From assembly GCA_012295275.1 (NCBI GenBank), contig CM022677.1, forward strand, positions 16,616,001 to 16,680,000: a stretch of 64,000 nucleotides of DNA, read 5' to 3'. A model generated the notes under the pieces. It did no database searches, was not told where the DNA came from, and saw only the letters and a list, made by a program, of their open reading frames with translations. The stretch is from Chrysomallon squamiferum. Its lineage: Eukaryota; Animalia; Mollusca. Position numbers and translations under genes: made by a program. Shown one piece after another: positions 63,447-64,000 of the stretch. How positions within the stretch are numbered: position 1 is the stretch's first letter; each line of letters starts with the position of its first letter.

Positions 63447-64000
63447 ATGTATATACAGTTTCTCCTGTTGCTGATGGCATCAGCCACAACGTCAGATCTT
63501 GTTTTTTCCACGTCACATCTGTACAATGCAATACATACCGAAGGAGTATTGGCAGTAGCTGTGAGAAAATTAACACACGAAATTAAAGGAGAAAAACGGA
63601 AAAAACTTAATGAAATTTCGGACAGCATGGAAAGACACAGACGGATCGCGTTAGAAGTTCCGATGCGTTATATAGGGAATCCGATCGGTGCGTACCTATT
63701 CGTTAAACGTTTTACTTTGGACTGGGATCGCGAAGTAGCGCCTCTACTGGTAGGAAACATATCTGAATTACAAGTGCAGAAAGTAAACGAAATACGTAAA
63801 AATCTTCCAAACTACGATGATCTGGAAGGAGTTGCAGCAGCTTTGTTTCGTGTTCAGGATATATACAAATTAAACGCGACGAAACTGGCAGAGGGTTTTA
63901 TCAATGAGCGATATGTTCATTCTTTGTCTGCAGACGACTGTTATCATCTAGGCCTTCTTGCCTACAAAATGACAGAATATGGCTATTTCAATATTTGGAT
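63447..64000 (+). CDS. P4HA: Prolyl 4-hydroxylase alpha subunit, N-terminal part (runs off window)
   Basis: 184 open codons from AAAGATGT. Signal peptide MYIQFLLLLMASATTS, then YIGNPIGAYLFVKRFTLDW, LPNYDDLEGVAAALFRVQDIYKL and LSADDCYHLGLLAY, which match hallmark collagen P4H-alpha N-domain/TPR motifs (HPVNAF.L.KRL..W, P..ED..GAA.AL.RLQD.Y.L, L.A.DCF.LG..AY). Absent from the ORF track because it has no stop in the window. Confidence 0.93.
   Translation, partial: MYIQFLLLLMASATTSDLVFSTSHLYNAIHTEGVLAVAVRKLTHEIKGEKRKKLNEISDSMERHRRIALEVPMRYIGNPIGAYLFVKRFTLDWDREVAPLLVGNISELQVQKVNEIRKNLPNYDDLEGVAAALFRVQDIYKLNATKLAEGFINERYVHSLSADDCYHLGLLAYKMTEYGYFNIW

Overview
AT-rich, microsatellite-dense eukaryotic (animal-like) DNA with two 200-N scaffold gaps (19892-20091, 58578-58777). 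Bases 1-58577 are almost entirely non-coding and form a roughly mirror-symmetric repeat domain. A near-identical ~1.98-kb tandem array at the left end (+) recurs inverted at the right end (-). Between them is a mosaic of three recurring GC-richer modules. Module A has tRNA-like A/B boxes and a simple-repeat tail. Module B carries RFX, MYB, ETS/E-box, CRE and YY1 motifs. Module C carries ETS/E-box plus RFX. Their orientations flip around ~35-36 kb. The domain also holds an ~8-kb 42-bp minisatellite, a 1.8-kb non-autonomous TIR element with a 9-bp TSD, a 4.2-kb tandem duplication and a frameshifted signal-peptide/LRR ORF. After the second gap the sequence is single-copy: a phase-consistent chain of five short exons and an uninterrupted ORF for the N-terminus of a prolyl 4-hydroxylase alpha subunit that runs off the window. 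Almost all ORFs in the supplied track are translations of simple repeats. All calls were made by eye, and motif positions can be off by a few bases.
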